NCBI GenBank assembly: GCA_002269645.1
Contig: NIVC01001667.1
Coordinates: 62,001-126,000, forward strand
Reading direction: 5' to 3'
DNA from: Macrostomum lignano
Taxonomy: Eukaryota
DNA: 64,000 nt
The notes below the pieces were generated by a model. It was not told the DNA's origin. It worked only from the letters and a program-made list of their open reading frames with translations, and searched no databases. The first letter of the stretch is position 1, and each line of letters starts with the position of its first letter. Made by a program: the position numbers and the translations under genes. Below, one piece after another: positions 25,470 through 38,361 of this stretch.

Positions 25470-25752
25470 CTTCCGTAGCCGCTGCATTCGCCAAGCTCCA
25501 AGCTTTGCCATCGTCGTACAAGTCGCACAGTCAGGCAGCAGAAAGTGGACACAATTACCACAGGCGCGGCCGACTGTGATAGCAGCAGGCAGGCCTCCAG
25601 CAGCTCCAGGCCAGCGGAGCTGGAGTGACCAGCCAGCACGCGAACTCGTGTAGGACGCTTGTTGCATAGCGTGACTGGGCGTATCGGGATTTCAAGAGGT
25701 CGGGTTTGGAATAGCATCATGTTGGATAGTTTGGGACATGTACGAGTACGAG
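25470..25752 (-). CDS. GPCR exon 3 (ECL2-TM5; SQSAAPVVIVSTFCCLTVRLV)
   Basis: GATAG acceptor (phase 1), AG|GTGGGT donor (phase 2), TM5 proline. Confidence 0.8.
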
Positions 25753-25774
25753 CTATCAGCAAAGACACGTCTAA

Positions 25775-26140
25775 TTCTACTAAAATACACTCAAGATCAA
25801 AGGCGGCATTTCTGATTCTACTAAAATACACCCAAGATCAAAGGCGGCACGTCTGATTCTACTAAAATACACCCACGATCAAAGGCGGTATGTCTGATTC
25901 TACTAAAATACATCCAAGATCAAAGGCGGCACGTCTGATTCTACTAAAATACATCCAAGATCAAAGGCGGCATGTCTAAATCTATTGAAATACACCCAAT
26001 ATCAAAAGCGGCACGTCTGATTCTACTAAAATACATCCAAGATCAAAGGCGGCATGTCTGATTCTACTAAAATACGAGTACACCCAAGATCAAAGGTGGC
26101 ACGTCTTATTCTCTAAAGTTACCCCAAAGATCAAAAGCTA
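25775..26140. repeat. 41-bp minisatellite containing AGATCAAAGGCGGC (GPCR intron 2)
   Basis: About 9 copies of CTGATTCTACTAAAATACAYCCAAGATCAAAGGCGGCAYGT. Confidence 0.93.
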
Positions 26141-26207
26141 CATGCAGTCGACCGTCACTATTAATGCAGAAATTTATGATTCTCCTTATCAGGATTACCC
26201 AAATTAC

Positions 26208-26436
26208 CTTCAAGATCAAAAGCAGCACTCAGTCCAATCGATTCGGCCACAAATACGGCAAATAAAGTAACAAAAATCACTTTCGACCATCGTTCAATCA
26301 GATTAGCCGAGCCAATGACTGCCACTTTCGTGTTTCGCATTGGCCCTCGAACAGCCAGATACCTGGCGCAGCAGATCACGGCTACCCACCAATTTCGAAG
26401 CGTCAGAAAGGCGTGACCGCCAATGGTGGACAATGC
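26208..26436 (-). CDS. GPCR exon 2 (TM3-TM4; RNWWVAVICCARYLAV)
   Basis: DRY-equivalent ARYLAV; TTAG acceptor, GAAG|GTAATT donor, 229 nt. Confidence 0.85.
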
Positions 26437-26759
26437 CTAAGACAACGGGTGTAATATTGTAAGCTTTAAAATGTGGTGTCAACAAAAACGGTAAGCCTTG
26501 AACGCGTGATCGGCTAGGACCAATCTTTTAATGCACACACTTCGAGAGTTTTACTGATTCTTTTTGCACTACTTAAGATTAGGCTATCTCTTGCAAAAGT
26601 TGTGTACATTTCATACTCCTTTAATGTACTGCGTACTTAAACGTCAACAGACTACTACCTCCATAATATAAACTTTTACTATAAGAAGTCACAAGCAAGG
26701 TCACCGAGGGACCAGGTGCATCACGGATACGCTTGGAAGAATACCAGGAATACCAGCAA

Positions 26760-27400
26760 AAACACTAGGAGTTCTTGAAGTGTTTGTAAGAACACCGGGA
26801 GTTCCTTTGGCGCTTACAAGAGCACTAGGAATTCTTGTGACGCTTGCAATAACATTGGGAGTTCCTTTGGCGCTTACAAGAGCACTAGGAATTCCTGTGA
26901 CGCTTGCAATAACACCGGAAGTTCCTGCAACGTTTTCAAGAGCAGCGGGAGTTCCATGACACTTGCAAGAACATCGAGAGTTTCTGTGATGCTTTCAAAA
27001 ACACCGAGAGTGCATGTGACGATTGTAAGAACACCGAGAGTGCATGTGACGATTGTAAGAACACCGAGAGTTGTATGTGACGATTGTAAGAACACCGAGA
27101 GTGCATGTGACGATTGTAAGAACACCGAGAGTGCATGTGACGATTGTAAGAACACCGAGAGTGCATGTGACGATTGTAAGAACACCGAGAGTGCATGTGA
27201 CGATTGTAAGAACACCGAGAGTGCATGTGACGATTGTAAGAACACCGAGAGTGCATGTGACGATTGTAAGAACACCGAGAGTGCATGTGACGATTGTAAG
27301 AACACCGAGAATTGTATGTGACGATTGTAAGAACACCGAGAATTGTATGTGACGATTGTAAGAACACCGAGAGTTGTATGTGACGATTGTAAGAACACCG
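26760..27400. repeat. 30-bp graded minisatellite AACACCGAGAGTGCATGTGACGATTGTAAG
   Basis: Degenerate on the left, homogeneous on the right. Confidence 0.93.
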
Positions 27401-27475
27401 GGAGTTTCTGGTGTGTAACGGCAAGTGAGCTCCAATCTACTCGTAAAATCAGCTACCTCGTGATTGGAATCTCAC

Positions 27476-27805
27476 CTGCAAACAGGCGGCGGGCCAAGCC
27501 GTCTCAACGAAATGCAGACCCAACTCGGGCACCACCTTGACCAGAGCGTAGGCAATCTCTGCTGAGCACAGCAGCCTGAGCAGGCGGCCCATCGGACTGC
27601 TAGCCAACCGGCTGCCACTGGACAGAGGTGTGGCGAACACCGCCAACGAGAACAGGTTGCAGCAGGCGGCAACCAGGTGCAAACCGGCGTCGACAATCTC
27701 CAGACAGCGGGCCGCCGGGCTGCCGTCGTAGCCGTCGTCGATTTGATGCTGCCGGGTTGTCCAGCCGGAGCTGCAGTTCTCCACCGACACCCACTTGAAC
27801 GGCAT
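27476..27805 (-). CDS. Orphan rhodopsin-class (peptide-receptor-like) GPCR, exon 1 (TM1-TM2)
   Basis: ATG 27805; hydrophobic helices AACCNLFSLAVF and LLRLLCSAEIAYALV; CAG|GTGAGA donor. Four exons join in phase to 383 aa. Confidence 0.8.
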
Positions 27806-28649
27806 GTCGTTATGAATTGCACTCTGTTGAAATGGTGAGCACTCCGTGCATCGGTGTTTGCAGAAAGCGCGCAATCTATGCACTTTTGACATGGACTACT
27901 GTAAGCGACATTGTCACACAACCGGCGAGAGGCATTACTGCCCATTCCGCAGGCACACATGCGCGTTGATACGTACGCAGTCATACGCACAGGCACACAC
28001 TCACACAGGAGTGTACAGCGGCTCTAACTTTATTTTATCGTTAGGCATGTACACTTCACTGTGCCTTGGGGGGTTGGACCTCAAGGCCGTTAATTGCACG
28101 AGCAGAGCCAAGCCGAGATTCCAATTTAGCTCCAAATTTTACGACTGCACTTGGAATCGAGCCTGGGCCGCACCCTATTTTTGTACTCGCAAAGTGCACT
28201 ATTATTTTCCTGCACTTTAAAAAGTTCGCTCGGTTTCTTTCGATAAAAAAAAAGATCGTAATTAATGCCGACAACATATATCTACATATTGTTGAACTTT
28301 GATATAAACACGTTTCTCCCACACGATCAAGGCACTAGCACCAGATCAAGGCACTAACTCAAAACTCATCCCTTGTAAATAATTGATGGAGATAAAATAA
28401 TGAAAGCATAATAAAGTTTACTAGGCAGTGTCAGGCGATCTCAGCCTTTGAAACGAATATTGGGGATATGGGATAATATTATTCATATCGAATATCAAAA
28501 ATTTTGCCATCGCACAGGCTTTTTCCCTCGGGGGGGGGGGGTTTCAATATTAGATAGGCACATTTCAGTTCATCAATGCATACTGCGTGTTTACATTGAG
28601 GTAATAAAAAAACAAAATTGTAATTTTTCAGCCAAGCATTTGCGGCGGT

Positions 28650-29350
28650 AGTCAGAAGCACTAAACTGTGTGTGTCAGAAGCACTAAACTGTGTGTCAGA
28701 AGCACTAAACTGTGTGTGTCAGAAGCACTAAACTGTGTTTCAGAAGCACTAAACTGTGTCAGAAGCACTAAACTGTGTCAGAAGCACTAAACTGTGTCAG
28801 AAGCACTAAACTGTGTCAGAAGCACTAAACTGTGTGTGTCAGAAGCACTAAACTGTGTGTGTCAGAAGCACTAAACTGTGTGTCAGAAGCACTAAACTGT
28901 GTCAGAAGCACTAAACTGTGTCAGAAGCACTAAACTGTGTGTGTCAGAAGCACTAAACTGTGTGTGTCAGAAGCACTAAACTGTGTGTCAGAAGCACTAA
29001 ACTGTGTCAGAAGCACTAAACTGTGTGTGTCAGAAGCACTAAACTGTGTGTCAGAAGCACTAAACTGTGTCAGAAGCACTAAACTGTGTCAGAAGCACTA
29101 AACTGTGTCAGAAGCACTAAACTGTGTGTGTCAGAAGCACTAAACTGTGTGTCAGAAGCACTAAACTGTGTGTCAGAAGCACTAAACTGTGTGTCAGAAG
29201 CACTAAACTGTGTCAGAAGCACTAAACTGTGTCAGAAGCACTAAACTGTGTGTGTCAGAAGCACTAAACTGTGTGTCAGAAGCACTAAACTGTGTGTCAG
29301 AAGCACTAAACTGTGTGTCAGAAGCACTAAACTGTGTCTGAAGTGCTAAA
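28650..29350. repeat. 19/21/23-bp variant minisatellite GTCAGAAGCACTAAACT(GT)n
   Basis: Units differ only in GT number. Confidence 0.95.
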
Positions 29351-29604
29351 CTAATTAAAACTGGTTTTATCGAGAGAATCAGCCAGATTAATTATGATAA
29401 TTATAAAAAACAGCTAACAGTTTTTTCAAACCAAAAAGTATTGAATATCTCACCGATTTCCTTGTTGTTAGTGTCTGTTCCAGTTGTGTGTGCCGTGGCT
29501 ACTGAAGTAACTTACTGAACACAGCTGGGTATATCTACATGTAAATGGGCTGAAGAAAAGGCATCCAATCAAATCAACCCGACGAATGAAGCCCAGTACC
29601 TTTT

Positions 29605-31460
29605 GACTATTCCCGATAACCATTGTGACTAATCCCGATAACCATTGTGTCCAATCCCGATAACCATTGTGACTAATCCCGATAACCATTGTGTCTAATC
29701 CCGATAACCATAGTGACTAATCCCGATAACCATAGTGTCTAATCCCGATAACCATTGTGTCTAATCCCGATAACCATAGTGTCTAATCCCAATAACCATA
29801 GTGTCTAATCCCGATAACCATTGTGTCTAATCCCGATAACCATTGTGTCTAATCCCGATAACCATTGTGTCTAATCCCGATAACCATTGTGTCTAATCCC
29901 GATAACCATAGTGTCTAAATCCCGATAACAATAGTGTCTAATCCCGATAACCATTGTGACTAATCCCGATAACCATAGTGTCTAATCCCGATAACCATAG
30001 TGTCTAATCCCGATAACCATAGTGTCTAAATCCCGATAACCATAGTGACTAATCCCGATAACCATTGTGTCTAATCCCGATAACCATTGTGTCTAATCCC
30101 GATAACCATAGTGTCTAATCCCGATAACCATAGTGTCTAAATCCCGATAACCATAGTGACTAATCCCGATAACCATTGTGTCTAATCCCGATAACCATTG
30201 TGACTAATCCCGATAACCATTGTGACTAATCCCGATAACCATTGTGACTAATCCCGATAATCATTGTGACTAATCCCGATAACCATTGTGACTAATCCCG
30301 ATAACCATAGTGTCTAATCCCGATAACCATAGTGTCTAAATCCCGATAACCATAGTGACTAATTCCGATAACCATTGTGTCTAATCCCGATAACCATTGT
30401 GTCTAATCCCGATAACCATTGTGTCTAATCCCGATAACCATAGTGTCTAATCCCGATAACCATTGTGTCTAATCCCGATAACCATTGTGTCTAATCCCGA
30501 TAACCATTGTGTCTAATCCCGATAACCATTGTGACTATTCCCGATAACCATAGTGACTAATCCCGATAACCATAGTGTCTAATCCTGATAATCATTGTGA
30601 CTAATCCCGATAACCATTGTGACTAATCCCGACAACCATTGTGACTAATCCCGATAACCATTGTGACTAATCCCGATAACCATTGTGACTAATCCCGATA
30701 ACCATTGTGACTAATCTCGATAACCATTGTGACTAATCCCGATAACCATTGTGACTAATCCCGATAACCATTGTGACTAATCTCGATAACCATTGTGACT
30801 CATCCCGATAACCATTGTGACTAATCCCGATAACCATTGTGACTAATCCCGATAACCATTGTGTCTAATCCCGATAACCATTGTGTCTAATCCCGATAAC
30901 CATTGTGTCTAATCCCGATAACCATTGTGTCTAATCCCGATAACCATTGTGTCTAATCCCGATAACCATAGTGTCTAATCCCGATAACCATAGTGTCTAA
31001 ATCCCGATAACCATAGTGACTAATCCCGATAACCATTGTGTCTAATCCCGATAACCATAGTGACTAATCCCGATAACCATTGTGTCTAATCCCGATAACC
31101 ATTGTGACTAATCCCGATAACCATTGTGTCTAATCTCGATAACCATAGTGTCTAATCCCGATAACCATAGTGTCTAAATCCCGATAACCATAGTGACTAA
31201 TCCCGATAACCATTGTGTCTAATCCCGATAACCATAGTGACTAATCCCGATAACCATTGTGTCCAATCCCGATAACCATTGTGACTAATCCCGATAACCA
31301 TTGTGTCTAATCCCGATAACCATTGTGACTAATCCCGATAACCATTGTGTCTAATCCCGATAACCATTGTGTCTAATCCCGATAACCATTGTGTCTAATC
31401 CCGATAACCATTGTGTCTAACTCTGATAGAGATTAATCCTGATGGTCTTTGTGACTAATC
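29605..31460. repeat. 22-bp minisatellite AATCCCGATAACCATWGTGWCT, about 80 copies
   Basis: Direct reading. Confidence 0.97.
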
Positions 31461-31755
31461 CTGATCGTTGTATCGAATCCTGATAATAATTGCCTCTAAA
31501 AATAATTGCCTGCAAAAGATACTGCTGGTTGCATCCTGGCTGGGGTTGTCTTAATTTTATCATGCGCTACTTACTCACATTGCAGGCAATGGCAATCACG
31601 CTACGGATGAGTTCGTTCGTGTTTTTATTGGCGCCGGCACGAACCGTGCTTTGAGCAGGAGTTGGAGCAGACAGGAAGAAGACTTAACTCGTAAAGAGAG
31701 GCTGAAACTGATGGTTGCGCGGGAAAATTCTATCAAAACATACAACCACCAGGCT

Positions 31756-31878
31756 CTACCGTCTCTGCTGCGAAATCTTTGCAGATAATCTGTGGGCCCC
31801 ATGGGGATAAGGGAGATGGGGTGGCAGCCCGCTGACCAGATATTTCGAATCGGCAGCTGTTGACTTGTTGACAAACAG
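31756..31878 (-). CDS. Putative last exon of unknown gene (LFVNKSTAADSKYLVSGLPPHLPYPHG...)
   Basis: CAACAG acceptor directly after the (TGTC)n tract, phase 0, TAG at 31756. Confidence 0.4.
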   Translation of the reverse strand: MFVNKSTAADSKYLVSGLPPHLPYPHGAHRLSAKISQQRR

Positions 31879-31885
31879 CTGTTGC

Positions 31886-32690
<805 letters not shown>

Positions 32691-32696
32691 CGTTAC

Positions 32697-32773
32697 TGTT
32701 GGCAGTTGCTGTTGTATTCTGTTCGCAACTGACTGACAGATTATCCTCAAGCTGTACTGGACAAAATCAGGCA
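32697..32773 (-). CDS. Putative exon 2 of unknown gene (VPDFVQYSLRIICQSVANRIQQQLPT)
   Basis: TTTTCAG acceptor, GTAACG donor, phase-compatible with both flanking candidates; no homology recognised. Confidence 0.4.
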
Positions 32774-33182
32774 CTGAAAATTGATAACAAATAGATATTA
32801 ATTCGACATTATAGTACTGGCAAACACATGAATAGAAGAGAGAGCCGTTAAATAAGCCAAATAGTGGGTGTACTTTTATTAAACCAAGGTAGCTTATAAT
32901 TAATCCCATCGAAGCAATACCGAATGTTGGACTTTAAGTTGGGCCACATTTTATTCTTCGTTTCGGAGAGTACAATTTAGATGCAAAAACTAAATGTACG
33001 AGTAAATAGAAAAAATTTTTTTGACACAAATTAACTTCAAGCTCAATATTTTTTGCGTTGAGCAATGAATGAATCAGTAAGAAAGTTACGAGGTGTTAAA
33101 CCAATGCGTATAAGCTTCACGACAAGTGATTTTTTCGAGCAAAATTTTGTTATTACGCCTCAATGCCGCGTTGCGGCGTCAC

Positions 33183-34161
33183 CGAAGCCACCAGACAATG
33201 TGCTGGCGTCGTCATTAACCAAGTCTCCCGCCGTCATTTTGGCAGTTTTGCCTGTCTGGGCAGTGCCTCGGGAACGAGCAGTCTCTGACAGTCTCTCAGA
33301 GTCAGCTTCTCGACGACTTCTGCTGCCGCCGGTGGACGAAGCTTCCACAACAGTGAGTGACAGAACGCACTGCTGTGAGTCATTCTGTCGTAGAGACACC
33401 GCCGACACTCGACAGCTGCTGGAGCAGTTGACGTCAACCAGAAGCTCGCTCGGAAAGTCGACAGTTGCTGACGAAGCGTCGGCCTCGGTAGCTGCCGGGC
33501 CCAGCGCCCGAGCGAGTTGCTGACGGTCGAGCTTGAGGCGAAAAGTGCTGCCACGGCTGCGGCCGTTGCTGCTGCTACGAGTGGCAGTTTCTGCGGAGCA
33601 TAGGTAGTTCTGCTGCTGCTGCTGCTGCTGCTGCTCTTCCTGATCGTTGTTGTCGTTGCTGTTGTTATCTGAAACTGTTGGCTGCGCCGGTAGACTCTGC
33701 TTGGCAACAAGGACCGTATCGTGAGACCGTTCGTTGTCCGAACGCATGTAGTAGCAGTGAGTTGAGCTGTCGCGATGCAGTTGGGAGCTGCTCTGCTGCA
33801 CGAGGCAGCTGCTGATGTCGGATATACCGATCAGAGTGTTCGGTTTTGAGTCGCTAGATGCTGTGTCGCTATCACGGTCAAGAGAGGCAATCGAGCTGCT
33901 AGTCACGGCCTCTTCGTTGCTAATGTAAGTAAATTTTCGGACGCAGCGGCTGCTGACGTCTCGACAGATGCTCAGTCGTCGGCTGTGGGTAACGCGGAGA
34001 ACGTCCTTGCTTGGAGTTCGCACCCGGCTTTTGAGTCGGTCGACAGCTATGCCGAACGCGATTTGAAAGCATCGCTGATCTTTTAGGTTCTGTTTTCCAA
34101 GTGGCTGGGATTTTTTCTTGCTCGTTACAGAATTTCTCTGCTTGCTGGGAGAATCAATCAT
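33183..34161 (-). CDS. Unknown S/Q-rich protein, main exon (or a single-exon 333-aa ORF ending at 33160)
   Basis: 1-kb non-repetitive, GC-richer ORF with polyQ; no recognisable domain; possible donor TCG|GTGACG. Confidence 0.65.
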
Positions 34162-34851
34162 TTTCTTCTAAGCTTGTCACCAGTTTTGTGCTCACCTAAC
34201 TAAGAGAACGAACTCAGCCTGCTTGCTGGCTTAATCTCAAACAACATTATTATCATTATTTATTAATTTGTAATTGTCTATGGCTAAAGTTCCAAGCTTC
34301 AATCCCGAGAACTACATGCCAAGAAGGCAGCAGATGTTAAAAATTAGTGGCTCTTGGCACAAAAACAGGCTAGAAATTCTACACTTCTCTAGCGGAGATT
34401 TTTACAAGCTGCATTATTTATGTACGCATAAGAGGGACTCCATCTTTTGCGAGCATATATGCATGTAGACAGATTTTTGCTGAGTATATTACCAGGAAAT
34501 TGAACACAGAACAGAGGAATAGAAAGCAAAGAGAGAATATTGGCCTGCACAACAAGAGGCAGGCTTCTGAATCTCCATTAGCCAAAACCTGGAGATCTAC
34601 TCACCCCTGGCAGTACAACTTAGGAGAGTACACTCCCTCCTCAGAAACAATGGGACACCCGCGCGTGCTGGTACAGGTCTTGTAGTAGGTAAGGGGACAG
34701 CATTCTCCTGCCAATTTTCTTTCCCACCATCCAGCCTCAGCGGCCCACTGGTGTTTAAAAGCAGGTACCTGACTGATGAAAGGCTTGGAAACCCTGCAGA
34801 ATCCGGGATCTCTAGCTGGATTGTGAACTCTAAAACAGCATTGCTCCCCGT

Positions 34852-35171
34852 ATGGTTCGTGTCTGCCTAGCCAAGCAGCTTCAGCGGCAGTTTAGAGGCT
34901 GGAGACGGCACGCGTGTCTGCTGTGCCTGCTTCTAGCATTTGTTCTGCTGTACAATCGTCCACTTTCAGAAAGAGACAATTACAGTGATAAAAGTGCAGC
35001 ATCCCTGATGCAGCAGACTGCTATTGCTGATTCAAAACCAAGTTTAAATGTCGATTTAACAACAAGCATAGCAGTAAAGAAGCTATTGTCAATGACTACT
35101 CGGACTCCGCGACATGATTCACCCGCGACAACTGTTGCCACAAGTAGTCGTGCCCGTACAAGCACAACATT
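34852..35171 (+). CDS. FkbM-like (Methyltransf_21) methyltransferase exon 1: type II membrane anchor and S/T stem
   Basis: Basic N-tail plus ACLLCLLLAFVLLY; donor TT|GTAAGA is phase 2, matching TTGCAG at 35360. Confidence 0.75.
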
Positions 35172-35212
35172 GTAAGATTTTTCTTCATGAAATTTGCCCT
35201 CTATGCCATTGA

Positions 35213-35266
35213 GGTTAGGATTAGGATTAGGGACTAGATTAGGTTTAGGGTTACAGCTAGGGTTAG
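35213..35266 (+). repeat. Degenerate TTAGGG-like short tract
   Basis: GGTTAGGATTAGGATTAGGG...TTTAGGGTTA...TAGGGTTAG in methyltransferase intron 1. Confidence 0.45.
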
Positions 35267-35360
35267 CAGTCAGCTGTCATCGGCAGTCAGTTGCTGTAGC
35301 TGCATGGTTACCGCATCTTCAATTTTAAAATAGATTTGCTTGACTCATTTCATGTTGCAG

Positions 35361-36036
35361 AAAACCTGCAGTATCTACAACCGCTAAACATATGCTCCGG
35401 AAACCGAAAAAGCAACTCAAACCTTTAGACAAATGCTGGGAGGCCAAATCGGAGCAGTACGACCAAGCCACCTGGGACCGGGTATGCTACCGACCCAGGC
35501 ACACGAGAAATTTGTGCTATATCAAACGCTTAACCGCCTTTCCCAAGCTGGCTAGCGAGCAGTTCGCCCACCTCGAGTCGCTGGCACTGACAGTGGCGAC
35601 TTACTCTAGCGAGGACGAGACCTCCCGACGATTATTGTCGGGCGCTGACAAGGGCTACGAAGCTGTTGAGACGGTGCTCGAACTCCTCGGCGGCAAAGAT
35701 GAAACGGATCAAAATCACTGGCTATTGGATATTGGCTCCGGCCTTGGCGTGTTTACCTTGGCAACCGTCTCTAGGGGGCGCTGGGCGGCCGCTGTGGAAG
35801 CGAATCACCACAGCCTGGCGCGGCTGGCTGTCTCCCTGGTCAGCGCGGCCGCAACCGGAGCCGTGGTCGCGAGTGGCGGAGAGCAGGACGGGAAAATGCC
35901 TCCGCGGCCGAAGGAGGTGACAGCTCGGCTGTTCTGGAACGTTCTGCAATCCGCGTCGGTCTCTGGAAGTGGCGAAACAGCAGGGCGCTCTGGAACTCGC
36001 TCTGGGGCGCGAAACTCTCATATGTTGGCTTACCGA
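35361..36036 (+). CDS. FkbM-like methyltransferase exon 2 (SAM-binding LLDIGSGLGVFTL...AVEAN)
   Basis: Class I Rossmann motif I and acidic motif II; CGA|GTAAGA donor, phase 0. Confidence 0.85.
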
Positions 36037-36569
36037 GTAAGACTCATGTCAAATCAATGCTTGATGATCGAAAATCTAATAGTTGAAGCAGTTATCCTGC
36101 TATATAAACATATGGCTTTATCTACAAGGGTTCTCAAACCGTCAGAGTGAAGTCATATCATATCGATTAAAATTATCCGTCAGAGATCTTGAAATTATTA
36201 GTAAAAGTTGCAAAAATATGTGAGCTTGTTCCTGACACAGAGTAAGTCTCCATCGCCCAGTGGTTGGTTAGTTATAGTTCCCTATGGGTAGGTGCTTTTG
36301 GGCACTGTCAAGGAGACAATCGACCTCGACCCGCATCCACCGAAGAGGCAAGCAGTTATGCCCTTCCGCTGAGACCCTTGAGCATGCACCCTCACACAGG
36401 ACGTGCAGCGGCCCTGACTTTCAGGAATGAACAGACTCTGTGCCTAAGGGTTGGCCCTCAGAATTTACAATTGTTGTGGACGAGCGCACGAAATAGAACC
36501 GAAGGTACAATGTGCGAGAGTTGTACGCCTTGCTGCTGAACTTCTGTACCTGAGTTAAAAAGATTGTCT

Positions 36570-36817
36570 CTAGGGCGTCACCACTGGGGGTGACAGGGGG
36601 ACATGTCCTCCCCCAAGTAAAAGCTATGGGGGCCTTCCTCTCTCCGCCCCACCTTGTGAACCGTTATGGAAATCAATAATTTTTCTTTAGGGGGTGCCAA
36701 AATGACTGGCGCCAAAATGAGTGCTAACAACACCGATTTCCAAAATAATGTAGAAATTTAGTCAAGTGGAATTCTGGGCTTTGCCCCCCCCCCACGAAAT
36801 CCATGGCGACGCCCCTG
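36570..36817. mobile_element. ~248-bp hAT-type MITE in methyltransferase intron 2
   Basis: Imperfect TIRs CTAGGGCGTCACC / GGCGACGCCCCTG; flanks GATTGTCT / GGTTGTCT (8 bp, 1 mismatch). Confidence 0.7.
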
Positions 36818-36951
36818 GGTTGTCTATATTTACCTGTTTGAGCAACCAATCAGTGCTACGCTCGTACTCGTATAAAGGACTCTACGCTCGTACCGTCCTG
36901 ACCCCATGCGGGATTACAGCAGCGCCCGCAATCAACCATCATTCATCGCAG

Positions 36952-37437
36952 GTGGTCTCCAACGCATGCGTGGATCTCACCAGACCGCGACTTCTGCCAG
37001 CGTTCTCTGAGTCGTCAAGTTACGGGGACGCTGGTCCATCGACCAGCCACGAGGAGGAAGCTATCGAAGAAGAGGTCGACAGAGTTCGAGTTGGCGACGT
37101 CCGACTCGACGTGATTCTCGCATCGATGTCGCCATGGCCAGCGCCGAAGCTGCTGATCAAGTGGGACATGGCGTTCGCCGGGCTGAGCAGCCTGCAGCTC
37201 GCCGCCAGCGGTCCGCTCTCGTGGTCGAACGTGACGGGCGTGCTGCTGCTTGGGGTGCCGGCCGAATCTGCGGCTGCTGCGGCTCGGCTAATGTCCGAGC
37301 AGCTGCGCTTTGCTCCGCACAAGCTGCTGGCTTCCTCAGCAGGGGCGGAGCCGTCCGTTGATGATCCCGGAGCCAGGTTGGACTTGTCAGAAGTTGACAC
37401 CTGGCCGAAAGATGTCATGTGGCTTCGAGAGACGTAG
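36952..37437 (+). CDS. FkbM-like methyltransferase exon 3 (VRLD...LLIKWD...WPKDVMW)
   Basis: TCGCAG acceptor, phase 0; motifs resemble the FkbM C-terminal half; total model 493 aa. Confidence 0.78.
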   Translation: MVSNACVDLTRPRLLPAFSESSSYGDAGPSTSHEEEAIEEEVDRVRVGDVRLDVILASMSPWPAPKLLIKWDMAFAGLSSLQLAASGPLSWSNVTGVLLLGVPAESAAAAARLMSEQLRFAPHKLLASSAGAEPSVDDPGARLDLSEVDTWPKDVMWLRET

Positions 37438-37869
37438 CCAGCCAAGGACCATTTTTGGTAGTATAGGAACAAGAAAATTCCCAAGAACATACTCGTAAAT
37501 GCGAATTATGTTTTCTTGTATTTGGAAATTCCAGTTTGTGAATTTCAGCGTGTACTCTTGTGTCAATGATGATATATTTTTGAAGGCTTTCTCGATTTCA
37601 TTAGAAACTATTGGAGACGTAAGCGATAGTTCCGTGAGTTTTCTAAATAGATCTTTTGGTGGAAGGAAGTTTTACTACAGACAATTTTCCTGTTTTCCAG
37701 TAACCATGCCGTTCTGATTAAGAAGTTTATAAGGTGTTGAAAATTATCAAATTTAGCAATAAAACTAGAAATCTTGTGCCCTTCGGGGCGTCCAATAAGC
37801 AAGGCGCAAGGGACGAAAATTATTTATGTATATCCTATCCTTATGTGTAAGTCTTGAAGTCTCAGCGAT

Positions 37870-38120
37870 TCCACCAGTGAGCTTTGATATCTTAGCACTT
37901 CCCCCCGTAAGCCTTGACATTTAAGCAATTCCCCCGGTAAGCCTGGAAATTGTAGCAATTCCCCCGGTAAGCCTGGAAATTTTAGCAATTCCCCCGGTAA
38001 GCCTGGAAATTTCAGCAATTCCCCCAGTAAGCCTTGACATCTCAGCAGTTAAACTCGAGTTTGACATCTCATCAATGCCCCCAGTAAGCTTTGCCATCTC
38101 AGCCGTTCCCCCGTAAGCCT
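37870..38120. repeat. Degenerate 30-bp array (AGCAATTCCCCCGGTAAGCCTGGAAATT..)
   Basis: Direct reading. Confidence 0.85.
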
Positions 38121-38206
38121 TGAAATAAAAATTTGTAAAACTTTCCAACTTACAAATGTACGTGCTACGTGTGAATTGAGCCTTCAAATAAAATACTGTT
38201 ACCTAC

Positions 38207-38361
38207 CAGTGGCGTAGGGAGGGGGGATCAGGGGGGATGTATCCCCCCCGAAGAGCCTGACCAAAACTTTTTTGTTGCCCTTTTTCGCTATACATGCTAC
38301 CATGTGAAGCACTTTTACCTTGGTGTATCCCCCCCGTAGGAAATTCCTGGCTACGCCCCTG
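38207..38361. mobile_element. 155-bp hAT-type MITE with perfect 8-bp TSD
   Basis: TIRs CAGTGGCGTAG / CTACGCCCCTG; TTACCTAC on both sides (38199-38206, 38362-38369). Confidence 0.9.

Noticed and set aside
28650-29350. CRISPR-like array (GTCAGAAGCACTAAAC)
   Set aside because: No unique spacers, only (GT)n variation; no cas genes; eukaryotic context.
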